From contig NC_092679.1 in the NCBI RefSeq assembly GCF_964355755.1, forward strand, positions 18,211,432 to 18,275,431: a stretch of DNA of 64,000 bases, read 5' to 3'. This document shows positions 59,101-64,000 of the stretch, one piece after another. Numbering within the stretch: the first letter of the stretch is position 1; the number at the start of each line of letters is the position of its first letter. Origin of the DNA: Antedon mediterranea (Eukaryota; Animalia; Echinodermata). Below the pieces are notes generated by a model. That model was given only the letters and a program-made list of their open reading frames with translations, searched no databases and was not told the origin of the DNA. The translations under genes and the position numbers were made by a program.

Positions 59101-61541
59101 TGAAATGTATAATATAGGCCTAGTTCACCAAATGAATATAGTGTTGTTTTCTTGCAGATGAAATTCATGACTACCAGTGGTATCTCAAAGGCTAATGCTG
59201 CAATGGTGCTCCTAGTCGTTGGCGTAGGAGACTTTATTGGTCGATTTCTCAGTACTGTATTTGGAGATCACATTTGTTTCCCGACAATCTACATCTATCC
59301 TATTTTTTCAGTCATCATGGCGGGTACAACGTATAGTCTAGTTTTTGCAAATACATACGCTCACCTCATAGTGTATGCAATAGGCAAGTATTTCTATATT
59401 TATTTAATAGGCTTTGAGGCTGTTTCTACCGCCACCATACCGCGGTAAAAACTGGTATTTTAAAAATACGGTACTGTTTTTTGTGTTAGCGGTTTCTCAA
59501 AGATACCGTGTTAAAATACCATATTTTATACTCTGAATCATTTTTGGGTCTCTCTTTGGTAAATTATCGGCAACGTTTCTCAATTTATAGGAAATTATCT
59601 CATCTAACGTATCTTCTCTAACTTCCTTTAAGGCATTGAGCAGTCGTTTTTAGTAAGGCGACATTAATTGTATTGGTATTTGGAATACCATGGTCTTTTA
59701 TACTGACTTACAAGATCAACAGCCTTCTGTAACTTTAATAGTTTTAAAATAATCGTTCGTATACGGTCTTTGTCAATAGATATATCGCATATTTTCATTT
59801 TTTTAAATAGCCTATTTGTATATATCGTTTAAGCTGTTCGTTTAAAATCTGACGGAAATAATAAATTATTATTCACTTACACAATGTCAATCTATTACAA
59901 CTCTTTAATTTGCACTTTTGAAGATGATAAATAATCAATAAAGTTCTGTTAATTACAAAGTCCAGTTTTTTATCTGACAATGTTATCATTATTAAAACGC
60001 ACATGTTATCACAATGAATACGCTCATTTATCCTGCGATTGGAATCCTTATCGCTAATTGCTTAACCCTCCTCGAATACACCCCATATCATTGATTGACG
60101 AATGGGGCTGACAGATAAAATAAAACCGTTAATATCATATTTGATTGGATTTTCAATGGTCTGTTTGTTACCTTTTGTAAAACTAGGTCCATCATCAAAA
60201 TATTCATGTTTATTTTTTTTATGACTAACCACTTATAAGTTTATACTTCAAACAAATGTTTATCGGGTCATGAGGTGGTCACAGACAAGAGGTTATACAA
60301 CATTATTGATGTTTCAAGTTAATGTTTACCTTGGTCAAATAACAATGAAACAGGGTACATTTGATTTTAGCAAGTCATTGCGTAATTTCTACGCGTGTTA
60401 GTATATGGCGTTTTGATTTTTGTCTGTGTTTCGATGTGTGCCAAAATGTTTATCTATTTACAAATATTAAGTCAAAACGTTGTCTAGAACCTAGACTAAT
60501 CATCACTTAATTTATTTTTTTTTTTTACAAATTTATTACAGTTATCGGAACATGTACGGGAATTGTAAATAGTATGCTGTTTAAAGCCACGATGGACTTG
60601 TTCGGCAGTAAAATTTTAGCAGAGTCTTGGACGATATCCTTACTGGCTGCTGGTATTGGTGTTATGGTTGGCCCAACTGTAGCAGGTAAGATATACATTC
60701 GATACGCGTATGTAAAAGCTAAAGCGGAAGCTTGGTTCCCACTAGAACATAACGCAAGGACGTAAACGCAACGCAAGCGTTTTAACCAATGACAAGCGAA
60801 GAAGCCATCGCTTGTGATTGGTCAATTCACTTGCGTTGCGTTACGTCCTTGCGTTGCGTCGCTAGTGGGAATCAGGCTTTAGTTCCCACTATGACGCAAA
60901 CGCAATGACTTAAGTTTAACGTAAGCGATTTGATCAATGACAAAAAGTGAGAGTTCTGATAACCCATCGCTTGTGATTGGTCAAATTTCTTGCGGCGCGC
61001 CTACATCCTTGTTGGTTTGCTTGGTTCCCACTAGAGACGCAACGCAGGGACGTACGCCCAACGCAAGCGAGTTGACCAATGACAAGCCACTGTTCGAATA
61101 ATCCATCGTTTATCATTGGTCAAATCACTTAAGTCGTATCAACGCAAAGTCCTGTATTACGTAATCACAAGTGGGAACCAACGACGCAATAGTGCTGCAA
61201 ACATCGCAGGTTTGATGTCACGCAGGCGGGAGGCAAACCCAATTATTATTGTTGCTATATCTACTATCGATTATTCACGTTGTTATAATTATTATTATCT
61301 TATCTTCTATATAGGTCTCTCCTACGATATTACTGGCTCGTTCAATATCGCTTTCTTCATCAGCACCGGTTTTTTCTTGACGGGCTTAGTACTAACTTTA
61401 GCGATTCCGTATTGCCAAAGGAAGGCCGACTGGCGACCTGAACCGATGAAGAAAAACGAACACGTCATTCAGGAAACGGTCGGTATTTTTGCAACGCCAA
61501 AAGACGAAGAGCTCGTAGATCATTACGTAACTGCAGTATGA
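47141..61541 (+). CDS. MFS monocarboxylate transporter (SLC16 family), 6 coding exons, about 477 aa
   Basis: Exons 47141-47318, 53716-54012, 56971-57332, 59158-59383, 60542-60685, 61315-61541 in frame (1434 nt). KGWVITACTFL (TM1 motif), AGWIGSL, RYSHRLVAIIG, YGWRWTWRIFG, VGVGDFIGRF, GPTVAGLSYDITGSFNIAF. Confidence 0.92.
48474..48587. mobile_element. MITE family A
   Basis: aaagcactgtctacactatcaaact ... atagtgtagacaaagcttt. Confidence 0.75.
49206..50355. mobile_element. ~1.15-kb non-autonomous DNA transposon carrying an internal tandem array
   Basis: Imperfect TIRs taagaccgtgttcgtacggcgattgaaatac / gtagtttcagccccgtccgaacgggccctta. Confidence 0.55.
49554..49932. repeat. 85-bp tandem repeat, about 4.4 copies, alternating A/B variants
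   Basis: Units start at 49554, 49639, 49724, 49809 and 49894. Confidence 0.95.
54726..54905. mobile_element. MITE family B (gcttggttcccactag TIR)
   Basis: taaagcttggttcccactag ... ctagtgggaaccacgcttta, with an internal palindromic ccaatcacaagcg/cgcttgtgattgg. Degenerate copies near 51038, 52112 and 54232. Confidence 0.85.
56583..56718. mobile_element. MITE family A
   Basis: gctctgtctacactatcaaact ... agtttgatagtgtagtcagagc. Confidence 0.8.
57447..57549 (-). mobile_element. Partial copy of the SINE at 44857
   Basis: Reverse complement shares gggttcaagtcctgtca..gtcaggattttttct..ctccactccc..agagcatcttgtgt..tgtttgtcttgtgaac. Confidence 0.75.
59384..60541 (+). other. GC-AG intron in the SLC16 gene
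   Basis: AG|GCAAGT donor gives the phase 1 needed to join exon 60542 (V-I-G-T-C). The nearby GT at 59388 gives the wrong phase. Confidence 0.8.
60728..61181. mobile_element. Three adjacent MITE family B copies in the last SLC16 intron
   Basis: Copies at about 60728-60880, 60881-61018 and 61019-61181, each starting (tg)gttcccacta. Confidence 0.85.
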
Positions 61542-64000
61542 ATTAATCAAACGCCAAATAATTGATACGATATAATTGCCATTATTTTTACGTAAATAAG
61601 ATGAAAAACATTTAAGTAACATTTACGTTAATCAAACATTTGGTAAAACAAATTTGATTTTAACTTTTCTCGTCGATTTTTATAAGTGACGACAGATAGT
61701 TTTACGCGTCTTGAAATGGAAAGACTACAATGGAACTGGTCTAGAGGCCTAAACACGCCGGCGGTTTATGATGTTTAAAGACCAAAGAAAAACAACAGTA
61801 CCAAGATTTTACAAAGCTGCAGAATATCAACGTGTATTTTGTATAGAATGATTTGTTTTAATGATATTTACAACTATACAACCAGTGACATTGGTTATTT
61901 AGTAAATTCAATGTTTTACTCATAAGAAAGGCATATTACGTTTTTACGCGCACTCCTCATTGTAGTGATATCGATACAATTTATATTGTTAATACGGCTA
62001 GCCTAGTTAGCCTAGATACAAATAAGTGTAATTGTGGTGTAATTACTACGGCAAATAATTGATACTTTCATCGTGCACTTTATTAATTACAATTTGTGCA
62101 CGTTATGTATAATAGCTTTGTAATATAATATTTGTTTATAACCTATTTACTAAAGTATATTTGTCTCGGAAGTTTTTTTATGTTTATCTAAGATCATTAT
62201 ACTTCTTATACACCTGCGATTTGAATTCCGATGCTTTTACATTCAGTAGAATAGAAAACGCGTCAAAACATTCATAAAACGCGTGTTATAACAGGTATGG
62301 TATTTTAAGAAAAACGCTTAGTACTGTAGGATAGTTTTATAATGTATATAACTATGTTCATACGAGCTTGATATTTTTTATCTGAAACATTATTGATAAA
62401 TGTCAAATTGTCTCAACTCCTGATGTGTCGTAAAGAGCCGCCAAGCAATATCATGTAAATATATCAAGAAGAGCGTGTTTTCAAATAAGAATGCGTTACA
62501 TTACAATTAAATATTGTATATTACAAAAGATTTAACCTATTAGACACCAGTTTTATATTTATATTAAGTATTTTATCATTTTCAATTTAGTCTACTGTAT
62601 AGATAGAAAGTATAGACGGATTTATAATACACACAACGCGACTACGTGTATACTTATCATGACGTCATGAATACCGGCGATATAGTGTGTACGTGTATAT
62701 TATCGTCAGTGACGTAATAACGAGACGTAAAAGTGACGGTAGCGTACACAAGTTGTGTTCTTATCAACAGCCCACGTCAAATTTGTGTCAGTGACGTGAT
62801 GGGCCAACAGGTCAGTACATAAGATAAGAGGTTGATTGGAAATAATAAGGTGTGCAATTTGTCAATAGAATGTTATGTAGGAATGTAGGATTTTGATATT
62901 TAAATTAGTTTAATGCATGCTAGACCCTACATTAAGGTACTATCTGCACACGTTCATACATTGTTTCACCTGCCAAATCAAGCCGGAGAGAGTACTAATT
63001 TTCGAAATATAGGCCTAGTCCTACTAATAGAGACACATGTAGTTTAGTGATAAGTAAAACTGTTAAGGAATGAGGGGGCGATATGAGTGTATCCCAGCAG
63101 GATTGAAACTGTTTGTCATTGTGTTTTTCTAAACCATATCTTTGTAGAATTAGGCTTAGACATGTATTGCTTTTTATACAACTCATTAAATGATATGTAC
63201 GCACACAACGATTACGTAATCAGGTAATTTAGAACAGTAATAATTAATATTTAATTGTTTTAATTATTGTCCTATCCTTTGAAATTCCCGTTTGTTAATT
63301 AGCCGATTCTGTGTATTGTATCTACAATTTGTACAGTATCGTAAGCAAATGATGTGACGCCTGTATCATACCTAAACTTAACAATACACCATTGCTGATA
63401 ATATGTTACACTGTATTACAGAACATGTCTATGATACTGGACATAATAGTGTCATATGCGATATATTCAAATCGGGTGGTGTTATACAGATAATAAGTAC
63501 CTGTTTATTGTTCATTTCTATTGCGTTTTTATCTATCTGATAACAACTGTTCCTCTGTTTCATAAAGTTCGCATGCAATGTTTGCCCAATGTACACCCCG
63601 TTTCGATGGGTATGTCAATATTTTTTACTTCTGAGAGAGGCACCGGACTTTAGGTCCAAAGGCCATGTCGGAGTAAATACCACTTAATATTATACGTGAC
63701 CCAAAAACCAGCCAGAAAGGCCATACCGTCCTGTAGTTAGTGGTACAGGCCTAGCCTTAACTCAACGCTAATTGCCACAAATATTAGTACTACTGACGAA
63801 CGGATTAATGCCGTTTTGTTAGGACCAAAATATTCATTTACGAGTTCAAATGTCGTACTGCTATATTCTATATTTTTCAATTTGATTAAAAATTAAAATT
63901 GAATGAATTGTGTGAAATATTTTTTATTTATTTCTCTGACTTAAATATTGATTGATTAATATTTGCACAAAGATCGAATACGCGTTCAAAACGGGATATT

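Overview
AT-rich, intron-containing animal genomic DNA, probably a marine invertebrate deuterostome such as an echinoderm (inference from gene content and SINE types). Splicing exons by hand gives seven protein-coding genes: (1) a minus-strand 3-hydroxyacyl-CoA-dehydrogenase-like gene with substituted catalytic residues whose 3' end is not identified and probably lies beyond the left edge; (2) CAMKMT, head-to-head with it; (3) a single-exon 505-aa uncharacterised protein; (4) a single-exon class A GPCR; (5) a small secreted protein with a stand-alone Caspr/neurexin-IV-type fibrinogen-like domain; (6) a classical calpain with candidate 6-30 nt microexons and a U12 intron; (7) an SLC16 monocarboxylate transporter with a GC-AG intron. 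The non-coding DNA holds an internally deleted PHD-FLYWCH Mutator-like transposon, several MITE families, tRNA-, 5S- and Deu-type SINE relics, and tandem repeats of 17, 85 and 228 bp. Exon coordinates were read manually and may be off by a base or two. No database searches were run.
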